NCBI GenBank assembly: GCA_030324005.1
Contig: JARDVH010000025.1
Coordinates: forward strand, 53,424,026 to 53,488,025
Length of the DNA stretch: 64,000 nt
Origin: Negaprion brevirostris
Taxonomy: Eukaryota
Direction of reading: 5' to 3'
Below are positions 51,791 through 64,000 of this stretch, piece by piece (within the stretch, counting starts at the first letter, position 1; each line of letters opens with the position of its first letter). The notes beneath the pieces are model-generated. The model had not been told where the DNA came from. It did no database searches and saw only the letters and a list, made by a program, of their open reading frames with translations. The position numbers and the translations under genes are program-made.

Positions 51791-52035
51791 CATCCTAGAT
51801 TCTCAGATTATTTCTAATTAAGGTGATAAAACAAGAAAATGTTGAATTGCTATTGTAGCCTTTTTTCTTCTTGTATCACAGTTGTTTGATAAGGAAAATA
51901 CTTTAATTGATGGATGGGTGTCATTGCAACCTGCATAAGAGTAAGATGAATCTAATGAGGTGTCAGTGGTGGATGAATGTCACAAATGTGTTGATATCCA
52001 ATAGAGCTTTACTGACCATTCTTGTTTTATTACAG

Positions 52036-52966
52036 ACTCCAGCCTACATGTCCCATCGAAGGTCAATTTGGGGACCAAGAGCAAATCATGCTTCGTGCTT
52101 TGCAGTACAAGCGAGGGTTGTCACATGATTTACGCAAAGGCAATGCAACAAAGGAACAAATCAGACTACACAACATGGTGCAACAGCTTCCCCAGGCCAT
52201 TATTATTGGAGTCCGCAAGGGTGGAACACGTGCCCTGCTCGAAATGCTGAACTTACACCCAGCTGTAGTCAAAGCCTCACAGGAAATCCATTTTTTTGAC
52301 AATGATGAAAACTATGCTAAGGGCATTGAATGGTACAGAAAAAAAATGCCCTTTTCCTACCCCTATCAGATCACTATTGAGAAAAGCCCAGCATACTTCA
52401 TCACTGAGGAAGTCCCCGAAAGAATTTTCAAAATGAACTCGTCCATCAAATTGCTGATCATTGTGCGCGAGCCAACAACTCGAGCCATTTCAGATTACAC
52501 TCAGGTGCTGGAGGGGAAGGAAAGGAAGAATAAAACATACTACAAATTTGAGAAGCTTGCAATTGACCCCACTACCTGTGAGGTAAACACTAAATACAAG
52601 GCTGTGAGAACTAGTATATACACAAAACACCTAGAGAGATGGCTCAAGTACTTTCCCATTGAACAGTTTCACATTGTGGATGGTGATCGTCTCATAACTG
52701 AGCCATTGCCTGAACTCCAGCTAGTGGAGAAGTTTCTGAATCTGCCCCCCAGAATAAGCCAGTATAATTTATACTTTAATGCCACAAGGGGGTTTTACTG
52801 TCTACGGTTTAATATCGTGTTTAACAAGTGTCTGGCAGGCAGTAAAGGACGGATACACCCCGAAGTGGATCCCTTGGTTGTCAACAAACTGCACAAGTTT
52901 TTTCACCCTTTCAATCAGAAGTTTTATCAGATCACTGGGCGGACATTTAGCTGGCCATATAAGTGA
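52036..52966 (+). CDS. HS3ST5: HS3ST5 last coding exon (stem and sulfotransferase domain)
   Basis: Acceptor ttcttgttttattacag ends 52035; open frame (R)LQPTCPIEG...FSWPYK* to TGA at 52964-52966. Contains the 5'-PSB loop IIGVRKGGTRAL, QEIHFFD, EKSPAYF, the 3'-PB VREPTTRAISDY, the Cys pair CLRFNIVFNKCL and KGRIHP, all typical of HS 3-O-sulfotransferases. Spliced CDS 107+931=1038 nt. Confidence 0.97.
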
Positions 52967-53067
52967 TCCTTGCAACACTGTGTGTTGATGTAAAGCAAAA
53001 ATTTTCTATCAAAGCAGTGATATTCCATACTTTCAATGGTTGCCAATTAATTATAGTCATCCTTCCC

Positions 53068-53147
53068 AATAAATGGGATGGTATGTTTTACTTATAAAAT
53101 TATGTTTAAAGGTTCTATAATTTATTCCATTTGGTCATTTTAATAAA
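53068..53147 (+). terminator. Candidate proximal poly(A) signals of HS3ST5
   Basis: AATAAA at 53068-53073 and 53142-53147, 100-180 nt after the stop codon; usage unproven. Confidence 0.3.
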
Positions 53148-56100
53148 AAGATTGATGTGAGTATAAAGCAGAGATCATTGCTTTATAATCATGTTTATTT
53201 TTTTCTTAGAAACTTGGCAAAGGGAGCAAATTGTATTATTAAATTTTTGAGAAATCTATTGCAGAACAAAGTAGGCAATATTAAAAAAGTTCATTGCCTA
53301 TCTGAAACTGAGATCAACCATTGCCACTCCCGTTCGTCCCTATGTGTGGTTGATGTCCGACCTGGGACAAGACAAACCAGTTTTATGTGAAGTTCCTGGA
53401 TCTTTTGTGCCAGTAAGAGTCAGATTTTAACACTTCCTGTATCTTTCAGTGTGAGGCTATTAGTCATCAAGGTTGCTAAAGTTTTCACTGAAGTGAACTT
53501 TGGAACCCTTGTACCAACTGCCCAGCTTCTGTTCTGTCCCCTGTCTGGTTTGGGGTTAGCAGAATGGAGCAACCTTGGTCACACCAGAGGATGAAATCAA
53601 CTGCACAACCTAATAGACTTTTTTTTAATTTGGCTGTATGTTTCAATGGGGAATTGATATTTTCACGTAGCTTTAGTTTGTACAGTACAATCACTAGTGC
53701 ATGCTCTGAAGGTTTTGATTACATTTTTCCCTCAATTTTGACAGACTGTAGTGAACTGCTGTCATTTTGTAGTAGGCACCAACTCACTAGACAGCTGTCA
53801 CACAATTACAGTGAGGTAAATGCATAGCCATTTTCTCTCAGAAAAACATTCCTGAAAAACGCGGTGACATAAAATATGTAAATATATTTAATAACAGGAT
53901 GTATTAGATCTATTAAGCTCTAAATTACCATCAAGTTATTCATACTTTCCAGAACTTAAAATAATTCATCTCTGATGTAAAGTGTTTTACTTACTCACAT
54001 CCTTCCGATCTACTAAGCAAATGAGTGAACATGGGACTCCCTAAGAATGCAGTACCATTTTGATCTTCCAGCATCTTCTTCAGTCACCACAGCTACCTGT
54101 TAGACAATAGACGAACATAATTTTAGAGTCAAGAAAATGTCTAGGATAAGGAATATGTGAAAATGAATATTGTGGTGTGTTGTAAAGCAGTTTTATTCCT
54201 TATCTCAAATGTTCCAGCACAACTATAGCTGTGAAATTTTACCAGTAACTCCCACCATTGACATTAACTATTGATACATCAATGCTTCAAATATTGACAT
54301 TTAATTTTTTTTTAAGAAGTTGCATAACATGTTTCAGCCACAAGAAATATTCATTCAACAAATTACCTTTCTGTTACTTATTATTTTTAAATTGTTTCAA
54401 GCATTTCATAAACAGGTTAAGCACTTCTTATGGGAGGGAATATCAGTCAGGTTTCATTCATGATCACCGTCTAGTTACCTCCAGCTGGAGTATGTTTGCA
54501 TGTGGACATTGTGTTGGAGCAAGACTGGAATCAGTTATGATATGCCCATTAATTGCGCCTCAGAAACCTGAGAACATTTACTGCCTTGCCTCATACATAA
54601 AGATTGGATAGTTGGCATAGGAAAGGTGCACAGCCACATCTTAACACAAATCCGTAGCTTCACAAATGAAGGGTTGAAAACTGGGGAAAACATTTTTAAA
54701 ATATATTTTTCCTTTTTTTCCAGAATTCCTTAACTGAGAGCGTACCCTACTCTTACTCTTTCAGCAATGTTTATGTGTAGCCAATCAGAATTCAGGTTGA
54801 TAATTGACCACTTGAGACTGGGAAATAGGCATAAGGCTAATCTTAACTACACACCGCCCAGTCTAGCAATCTTCAGTTACTCAAAATGCAAATCTCAATA
54901 TAGATATGGTTAAAATTGAGAAAAGCCAAGGAAAAGCATATGTCAGCATGGATTAGCTTGGCAAATCTCCCAAAAACCTCATAAACCTATCAGATTTTTC
55001 AGCTGAATTGTGTTTATTGTTAAATAGATCTGGTTAGATGAGAGTGTTTTAGTTTAGTAGGCATCTTTCAATGTTACCTTGAAAAATGATTCATTTAATG
55101 ACAATGTTTAGGGTACTGCAGCTTCAAATGGAATTCCCATGCTGTATATGAATTTTGTTTTATTTTCTGGCTGCATAATTTCTGTGTTATTAAAAGTCTC
55201 TCAGAGACTCCAAAAAATCAACAGCTTAATTTTTCAAGTCTGATGTTTTTAGAGCAAGCATCCTGACTACTTATGTTTTAAGGTAACATTTACTGTTGAT
55301 TAGATGGAAACTCTACTTTGCCTTTTTTACCAACAACAAACAACCAACATAACCACATGACAGAATTGTACATATGTAACATACTTTTGTAAATACTAGT
55401 TTGAAACTGAGCAGTTCTATTTTGTATATTATTGATTCTGAACTGGATGTTTAAACTAAGAATAGCTTTTCAGTTCTTTCTAACTTACTCTTGCACACTT
55501 TGCTCTCTATATTGATATCTTTCTAAATTAGGTCTTGACTCATTCTCTATACATACACAAAGCTCAAAAATGTTAATACTTTCTGCAGTTTATTTCAAAT
55601 GTGACTCTTATTCTTGCACAGTAGTTAACAACTTGGCATGCTGCTGCTAACATCATTATCTGCCAAGCACTGAAAGGAAGTATACTATTTTGGAGCACAT
55701 TGGAAATATCTATGTAATTGTGCAACACAAACACCTCTGTTACTAGACTGTAAAATTAATGTTTTTGTATTAGCTATCAGGATCTTATATACACCCTCTT
55801 ATTATTTTGACTTAATTCATAATTTTCCATAAAACTAATTTCTGTTCCATATCTGTACAGCACGGCCTGTTTATGTTACAATTTGGTCTAGTGATATTAC
55901 TTCAGCACTTGATATTTAACTGAAGTGATAATCTCACTATTAAGGTTATAAATTTCCACTTAATATCTAGTATTTTGCAGGTACATCTGGGTGTAATAAC
56001 AAAATAACACAGAAAAGACTATTATAATCCTGGGTGTTTAATTCACTCCAAGTTTGGTGTAGCAGCTGTGCATTAATGTTAAAGCCACAGACATTTCTTG

Positions 56101-59100
56101 GCCCAAGTGATCAGATTCTATTTTTTCCTTATTAACCTTGCCTATCAGTGGAGTTGCAAGAGTTAATCAGCTTTAATGCATTATCTCAGAACAACACCTT
56201 CAACCTCCTGCATCATTATGGAATTACCTTCAAGTATACAAAAATATCCTACATGTATTTGAAAACCAAGATTGTTATACATTTTGCTGCAATATGCAAC
56301 AGTATTTGTAACTTGTACAGATGTTAGCAATGAAAAGAGAAAGAAAGTGTAAATGAGCATACAACAGTCAACTACAGAAACATGTTTATACAACCACAAC
56401 TTCTGTCCATTCCAACTTAGGCAACTCACATTTGGTAGTTACTGCTTCATAGAGAGCTAAACTTTGGGACCAATAAGAAAGTGAAGAGCGGAATGGAAAT
56501 TGGGGTGTGTGTGGCATTAAAATAATCAGCAAACATGAGTAAATTGTTCAGATCCACATAGACAGTGAAGCCAGAACAATAGAACTCTTTGGCCTCATTT
56601 ACATCTCGAACACTGACTCCTAACTGTGCAGGACGGAAATCACCATCGTCATGGCATCAAGATTAATGAAATGTTAAATCAATGCTGAGTGTCCACAGAA
56701 ACAGTCTCCAGCATAGCACACATGGATGGGAAATGGTACAGAGTGCAAGTTAATGGTATTAAGGGAAAGCTTGAAACAGGGGAGGCCTAAGGTACCTTTC
56801 TGGGATCAAAAGGCAGATTACTGTTCTTCCTGACCTACAAGAAACTTTAAAAAGTATATTTTTAAAAATTTTCCCTGAGTTTCCCAAGCTCTGAACTTTT
56901 ATTGCTGCAAGATAGCACACAGGATGGCAATGTGATACAAATCTGTCATTTAAATTAAGCCCAATTCCCACAGGTGAGCAGCCACCTTCTGCCACAATAC
57001 AAGGAAGTACAAGTTGTGAGGGGTTTGGAAACATCTTGGGGAAAAGGACATCATTTTACCTCTCCAGCATCAATGCTCACTTTGGATTGGAGGGTTAATG
57101 TCAATCCTTGAGTAATTGGCAATGACTGTTTGACTATGTTGTGTTGTTACAATGAAATAAAAGCACTAATCACTCTTAAGGATTGGTTAAACGTATTTTG
57201 GGTTCATTTATTGAAACCAGGCACTTGAGAACATTTATACAAAGACAGAAAGCTTGTGCTGCTCTCTGCCCTAAGGTTAAACTGAAACTCAGACTGGATT
57301 GCATGACATACTCCCCTTCTAGTAATGGCATCCTGCTGTCCCCTAATAGCATATTACAACATCCCCCTTTCCTTTTACAGATACTTGCCCCCTGTTCCAA
57401 AGAAATTGATCCATTTCCAATACATGTCAAGCTTACTTACCATTGTGTGTAGGACTGGTGAATATGATTCTCTAAAGCATAGAGGTAATCTACAACTACA
57501 CTCAGATCTTGTNNNNNNNNNNNNNNNNNNNNNNNNNNNNNNNNNNNNNNNNNNNNNNNNNNNNNNNNNNNNNNNNNNNNNNNNNNNNNNNNNNNNNNNN
57601 NNNNNNNNNNNNNNNNNNNNNNNNNNNNNNNNNNNNNNNNNNNNNNNNNNNNNNNNNNNNNNNNNNNNNNNNNNNNNNNNNNNNNNNNNNNNNNNNNNNN
57701 NNNNNNNNNNNNNNNNNNNNNNNNNNNNNNNNNNNNNNNNNNNNNNNNNNNNNNNNNNNNNNNNNNNNNNNNNNNNNNNNNNNNNNNNNNNNNNNNNNNN
57801 NNNNNNNNNNNNNNNNNNNNNNNNNNNNNNNNNNNNNNNNNNNNNNNNNNNNNNNNNNNNNNNNNNNNATCCTGAACCTGAAATTAGCAAACCACTGTAC
57901 ATTGAAAGTAGTAGGTTTCACCAAGGCCTTACACAAATATGGCTATGCCTTTTAGAATTTGCAGAGCAAGTATGTTGCTACATGCGCCTGTGTCTATCTT
58001 GGCCAATAACAATTAATTATCCACATTCTTAAAGCAGATAATTAGAATCTAACAAACATTAAAATGGTGTGACAGTACCTGTGTTCTCAATCAGATTGAT
58101 GGTGCAAAATATACGTTCACTGACCTTCTTCATTGCATACATCATGGTAATTTTCTCATGTATGTTTCTGACGGGAAACCAGAAGGTCATTCTTGTTGCT
58201 TGGAGACACCCATTGTGTACAGTTTGTTTAAATTAGCACACGGCTCAGCTGCATCAGTCTTTACTCTCATGTACAGCCACTGTCCGTGGCCCTTTTCACC
58301 ACTTGATGCAGAATTGCTAAGGAGTTGGACATTTCCTTGGTGCATGTAGAAGACCAGACATTTGACAAGTCTTGCTAGGTTTGGGTGTTCTAGCGAGTGC
58401 ATTAACAATTGGGGTTGTATTTAGGATCTGTACATCCATGCTTGAGTAGCTCTGCGATACTATATACTTTGGGCTTGTCTAGCAAATCCTTCCAGATTGC
58501 TTCATGGAAGTGGATGCAATCACCAACACAACAATTTTGCCTGTTAACTCTGTGTTATTGTTCAGCAACTCCCACAGACACCCATTATAATTGCAACCTT
58601 GTCTGGCCTGAATTTTATGATGGCTTTTTTTGCTTGAGTCTCCCTTGCTTACTATCAATCTGGCCCACATCCTGGCCACATACACTTCCTGAATGAGCTA
58701 AACTAGTGCTTAGCTCCCACTAGTTTCCCACTATCCCACTCACAGAAATGACAGCCTAAGTACTGCAATTGCGCCATGAGGGGTCAATCTGCTCACCAGC
58801 TCTTTACATGCGTGTTGCAATGTGTCTTCAAAGCTTTTCTGTGCAGTTTGCACATGGCATTTTCAACACTCACCAATACTGCAACATCATTGAAGTCTGA
58901 CCTACNNNNNNNNNNNNNNNNNNNNNNNNNNNNNNNNNNNNNNNNNNNNNNNNNNNNNNNNNNNNNNNNNNNNNNNNNNNNNNNNNNNNNNNNNNNNNNN
59001 NNNNNATGGCATGAAGCGACCTTCAAAACATTGAAGGTTGCTTCATGCCATGTAGCCTGATCTAAGGCTGTTCACCATGTCGTACCTGTACATAACCTTG

Positions 59101-59184
59101 CTGTCATGCTTTTTGACCACTACTGAACACCAATCACTCATAAGGGATTGGGTAAGCACGGTGTAGATTTATTTATTGAAACTT

Positions 59185-59435
59185 GGATCATGGGAATCAT
59201 AGAGTTCCTACAGTGCAGAAGGAGCCCATTCAGCCCATCAAATCTGCACCGACGACAATCCCACCCAGGCTCTATCCCCAATACCCCACATATTTTCCCT
59301 GCTAATCCTCCTGACATTAAGGGGCAATTTAGCATGGCCAATCAACTTAACCCGCACATCTTTGGAGTGCAGGAGGGAACTGGAGCATCCAAAGAAAACC
59401 CACACAGTCATGGGGAGAATGTGCAAACTCCACAG
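59185..59435 (-). mobile_element. HE1/V-SINE-like SINE (5' truncated)
   Basis: ggggcaatttagcatggccaatc...gcacatctttggag...ggggagaatgtgcaaactccaca; CR1-type tail. Confidence 0.85.
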
Positions 59436-62400
59436 AACATTCATATGAATGTAGAAAATTTGTAGATATCAGAGTTGTGCTGTGTTCTGCTCACAGGTAA
59501 AAATGAAATTGAGACTGGATCAAACAAGACACTTCCCTTCCAGGGATTCCATGCTGCTGTTTCTTAAATGCTACAGATCCATTTTTCCCAGTATAAGTAA
59601 AGTTTCATGTTTCTATATATAATAAATGTTCAGGAAGGATAGGCCTACATTACATCACTTCGTAACTCATAATACAGAAATTCTATGTAAATTTATAGAG
59701 GAATAGCAAAAAAAACACTGGTGGTATTTTTAAAAATAATTACACTTTGTTGTATGCATTTGCAAATACCTCATCTCTGTGCTCTTAACGATGCTCAAAG
59801 TTACATTGCTGTAAACTAGGGATGAGGAGGAAAAAGATGGCATAATGTATTGTTAAACATAGTTAGGCTCTTTTCACAATTGTTCATTGTTGATCAAAAT
59901 ATCTTTCAGGTGATTTATATTTTCTAAGACAGCCACAAAACAAAAATGTCCCTGGAGCAGTTTTCTTCATTAACTAAGTGAAATGGATGTCACAGATAGC
60001 AAATGATTTGTTATTTAGATGTGTTTCATTTTTTACTCCAGAGTTATGTATAGGACAGGTCAAGCATCATGTTCCATTGTAAAAGGTATTAAATAAGTGC
60101 CAGCAACTTTTGTTATCAGACCATAAAATATCCAATGTCTTGCATAAGCTGAAAAAGTATAAACATATACCTGGAGAGCATAAATCACGCTTTCTGTGAA
60201 AGCTTTTAAAGTCAAAAATATGCCTGTTAGTTTATATGTTCTTCCATACAATGTTACATGAAGCACAGAGACAGTTTTTGTTGAAATGTAATATCTGTAA
60301 TTCCTGGTGTACCTTTTGTGACAGATTTGCTGTGGATCTACCTTGCAGTCAGCTGTATTGCATATCATGCAATTTAACAGACTGTTAGGTACAAATGACA
60401 AGAGATTGAACTCAAGCACCAAGTTCCTGGTTCCATTTGGGCATAATAGGGTTATATCACTGGGGCATTCATACAATCAAGTGCAATTTTAGTGTTTTAT
60501 ATCTGGTATTGAGTCTTATCATCAAGTATTTGAATTATTGATTATTATGGCTCCTGGTGGGTGGCCTTTTATGCCAAGGCTACCATTTTCAGCTATGAAC
60601 ATGGGAAGAACATCCACTCACAAGAGGGTAGTCATACCATTCTCTGAATATTGTATACAAATATATGATACACCAAAATATGCAGCAGTTTTCTTTGTAG
60701 AAGTTGTCTCGTGCATGCTTTTTTTTCCTTTCAAAGCTTTTTTTTTCCTTTCAAAAGTTAAAATACATGATGTGGGACAGTGACTCTAACATTCCTTGAC
60801 AGTTCTTTTATTTTAATTTGTGTATTTAAAACTGTGGCCAACTGCAAAGTCAACCTAGAATGTTTTGTGACTGACGGTCATCTCCTGAGCACCTGTGTGC
60901 ACAATCTTCGCCTGGTCATTAAAATTGCATACATAGCATTTAAAAGTGAAGTCTAAAATACTTCAATATCACATCACAAAAATATAAAACCAAGTCCGAT
61001 ATGGTGAGGGAAATGCAGTTGCAAGTGGCATAATAACCAAAATATGTTTTTCCTAATCTGTTGTAAGAGGTGTACTATTATTAACAGGGGACTAGCCCAG
61101 CATCAAATGTTGCAAACCTCACTGTGGAATTTGTGAGCATTATAACTTCTGTATATTTCACTGTACACATTTATTTGTTTATATGTAAGTAATGTATGTA
61201 CTAATACTGCATTCCAATAATAAATGCTTATGTAATATTCACCATTAGCAGTTTCTAAAGTTGTCTTATCTTTTATGGTTGGCTTCCAGGATAAATTCAG
61301 CTATTTTAAAGGTTTATTTTGTTTCGAAGTCATTGTACATGATACAATGGAGAAATCTTAAAGATTGGTTGACACAGTCTTATATCTCTTCAGAAATATT
61401 AGAAAAAGGACAGTCATGAGAGAACATCAAGCGTTCTTATCCTGAAAAACAATTATTCCTGCCTAAGCATTTTGATACAGATTTTCTCCCCCATCAAAAG
61501 ACAATTGCTCTGAGCAATATTTCTGTTTAGCCAGCCCCTCTTAAGAAAAATAGTCAAGGGTATGTGATTATGTTAAGTAAATGGATATTTAAATACCAAA
61601 ACTTTTCCTGCACTGAACTTTTCTAAGTGCTCCTGTTAAATTGATTATTTTTGTTTCATATGCCTAATACATTGTCCAAATTACAGCTATTATCCTGCTT
61701 AATGAGTCAAATAACACAGTGAACACCTGCAGCCCTGACATTTTCATTATTTATATACATCACGCACCAACATACTGCAAATTCTAAATTATTCACAGTT
61801 TAGTCGTATTTTTGTACAATCGGGAACAATGAAAGGAAAACACAGCAGGAAAGTGCTACAGACACCTGACTGAATTCCTGGGAAGTGGCAATCTATTCTC
61901 GCAAATTTACTGTGCTACTGAATTTATTCTGACACCTTCATTCTGAATAAGGCAGAGTTAACATCAGGTATTTATCAGCACACTTGAAATTTCCTTTCTC
62001 CCCTTCTCTCTGTCTCCACCATATCCATTCTGACTATGCCATCTTCCCTCAGCTGAGGATTGCACAAGCAGGTATGCTGAATCCAGCAGGTAGGATCCTC
62101 CTGGATCTGACAGCTGTTACCTAAATGCTGTTGCCAGATAGGCCATGTCTAGTTAAATATAAAAAGCGGAACAACAATAAGACCCAAAACATTATTACAA
62201 TTCAAAGTGTTGACACAACTTATTGGTGATCTGTACACTTGTGTCTCAGAACTTATGATTCAGAAATCCAGAACTGGTCGCATTTACGATAGGTTTGGGT
62301 CAAGATTCTAATTTTTAGAATTTTATCCCCCATCCCCTCAGCCCTTTCATTTTCTAACCCAACTGCTCCAAACTCACACATATGTTTAAGTTAAAACTCC

Positions 62401-62632
62401 CCCTTAAGAAGCAGCTTACCCAGCAGAGTGTTGCCACTGATTGGGCCTTTGCAATGCTAACAGTAGCCACAGGTAAGTGAGGAAGGCCTGACTAGCTGAG
62501 GCAGTGATCATTAGCTAGGAGGATAAAAGACTAGTGCCCAGTGAGAGTGGGAGCAATTGATGGCCAGGCCAGACGAGTAATTGGAGTGGAAGGTTTGGAT
62601 AATAGGGGAAAGCGGCGCGGGTTCCTTTAATA

Positions 62633-62948
62633 TGGACAGCACAGTGGCAGAATCGTTAGCACTACTGCCTCACAGCAGCAGGAAACCAAATTCAATTCCA
62701 ACCTTGGGTGACTGTGGAGTTTGCACATTCTCCTTGTGCCTGCATGGGTTTCCTCCGGGTGCTCCGGTTTCCTCCCACACTCCAAAGATGTGCAGGTTAG
62801 GCTGATTGGCCATGCTAAATTGTCCCTTAGTGCCAGAGAGATTAGTTGGGTAAATACGTGGTTTACAGAGATAGAGCTAGGTAGGATTGTTGTTGGTGCA
62901 GGTCCAAAGGGCTGAATGGCTTTTTTCTGCACTGTAGGGATTCTATGG
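62633..62948 (+). mobile_element. HE1/V-SINE-like SINE (full length)
   Basis: tRNA-like head, V-domain-like tgtggagtttgcacattctcc...tcctccgggtgctccggtttcctcccac, and CR1-derived tail ctgcactgtagggattctatg. Confidence 0.88.
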
Positions 62949-62954
62949 AATGGG

Positions 62955-63048
62955 CATAATAAGAAGTCTCACAGTACCAGGTTAAAGTCCAACAGGTTTA
63001 TTTGGAATCATGAGCTTTTGGAGAGCTGCTAATTCATCAAGTGAGTGG
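62955..63048 (-). mobile_element. Penelope-like terminal fragment
   Basis: agaagtctcacagtaccaggttaaagtccaacaggtttatttgg...; the minus strand has a decayed ttgatgaa...ccaaaagctc hammerhead-like core. Confidence 0.55.
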
Positions 63049-64000
63049 AGGTAGGTTGCATATGGTCGTCAGAATGCCAGGGTCCACCAAGACACAGATA
63101 GGCACAGGAGACCACTGACGTCATTCCAGGCCATTGGGCAGCAAAGTCAATAGACTGCCTGCACTAGTACTGGCAGTGAAGGAGCAAGCATAGAATAATT
63201 AAGAAAACATATTAGGGGCACTTAACAGATGATTAGATAGGAGAGATGTTACAATTTGTGTGCATCAATGTTTATCATAAAGGGTGTGATTTGTTTTCTT
63301 GGCATTTTCATTTACTGTTGGAGGCCCACTGGAAGTGCAGGAGTGTTTTTTTGGAGGGACCATGGACTTTGTGATCATCTTTTTGACTGTGCAGAGGAAC
63401 CAGGTGGCATTCACTGAGGGAACCTGGGCTTGCAACCAATGTAAATGGCAACAATGGAGGTTAAATATGAATCTTGATAAGGTAGGATGGCTACAGTGGA
63501 AAGGGTTATCTGAATCGGTATGCATGAGCACCTCCATTCCTCCTTTGCACCAATGTCATTGTCACCTCACACTGCCCGTTTAAGCAGCCCTTTAAGTAGC
63601 CTCTCATCTGGATGCTGCAATTGGTCATTGTCCTCCATCCTCCACATCTGTGGATGCCTTGCACTCCACCAAATCTTCATTGGCTGATGCCTCCTTCCTT
63701 ATAGGGCCAGGTTATGCAAAGTGCAGATGGCCACGATGATTTAGATGATTCTCTCTGGAGCACGTGTCTCCTCTGAATGATCCAAGAACCAGAATTTCAT
63801 TTTAGGATACCTAAGGCCTGCTCAATGGTGGTTCAGGTCACCATGTGGCTGGTGTTTCTCACTGGTGTCAGCAGCCCATTCTGCAGCTTTCCCCAACGTC
63901 TTCATGCTGAGGTTGACCATACAGGTGGGTATCTATTGTCAGCAAGGATCAACCCTGAAGGGCATGTGGACGGAGGGCTGAGGTGGGCAATGAAAGGGGA

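Noticed and set aside
52022-52035. ORF-track start MFYY for the 314-aa ORF
   Set aside because: This is the polypyrimidine tract and acceptor (a TTG start), not a real initiation site.
63265-63583. Possible Harbinger Myb/SANT remnant or host exon
   Set aside because: Similarity is too weak to support by eye.
1-64000. CRISPR arrays, operons, rRNA or tRNA genes
   Set aside because: Vertebrate intron-exon DNA; no regularly spaced repeats, and the tRNA-like boxes belong to SINE heads.

Overview
Eukaryotic, repeat-rich vertebrate DNA with scaffold gaps. The repeat families (CR1-type LINEs, HE1/V-SINE-like SINEs, Penelope-derived repeats) suggest a cartilaginous fish; this is an inference. One host gene is present: HS3ST5 (heparan sulfate glucosamine 3-O-sulfotransferase 5) on the + strand, with two coding exons (42054-42160 and 52036-52966; 1038 nt, 345 aa). 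A candidate non-coding 5' exon lies at 29443-29575, and a TE-poor downstream region may be a long 3' UTR. The rest is intronic or upstream DNA filled with decayed CR1, Rex1/Babar-like and RTE-like LINEs, SINEs, a Harbinger transposase fossil with MITE-like derivatives, and Penelope-derived repeats. Most notable: (i) a ~300-bp polyadenylated element built from two U2 snRNA 5'-end copies (SINEU/Keno-like) at 24403-24708; (ii) an out-of-frame uORF overlapping the whole first coding exon of HS3ST5 and stopping on its last three bases; (iii) minimal hammerhead-ribozyme cores in palindromic Penelope-derived repeats. Family assignments come from recognising motifs by eye, not from database searches, and repeat boundaries are approximate.
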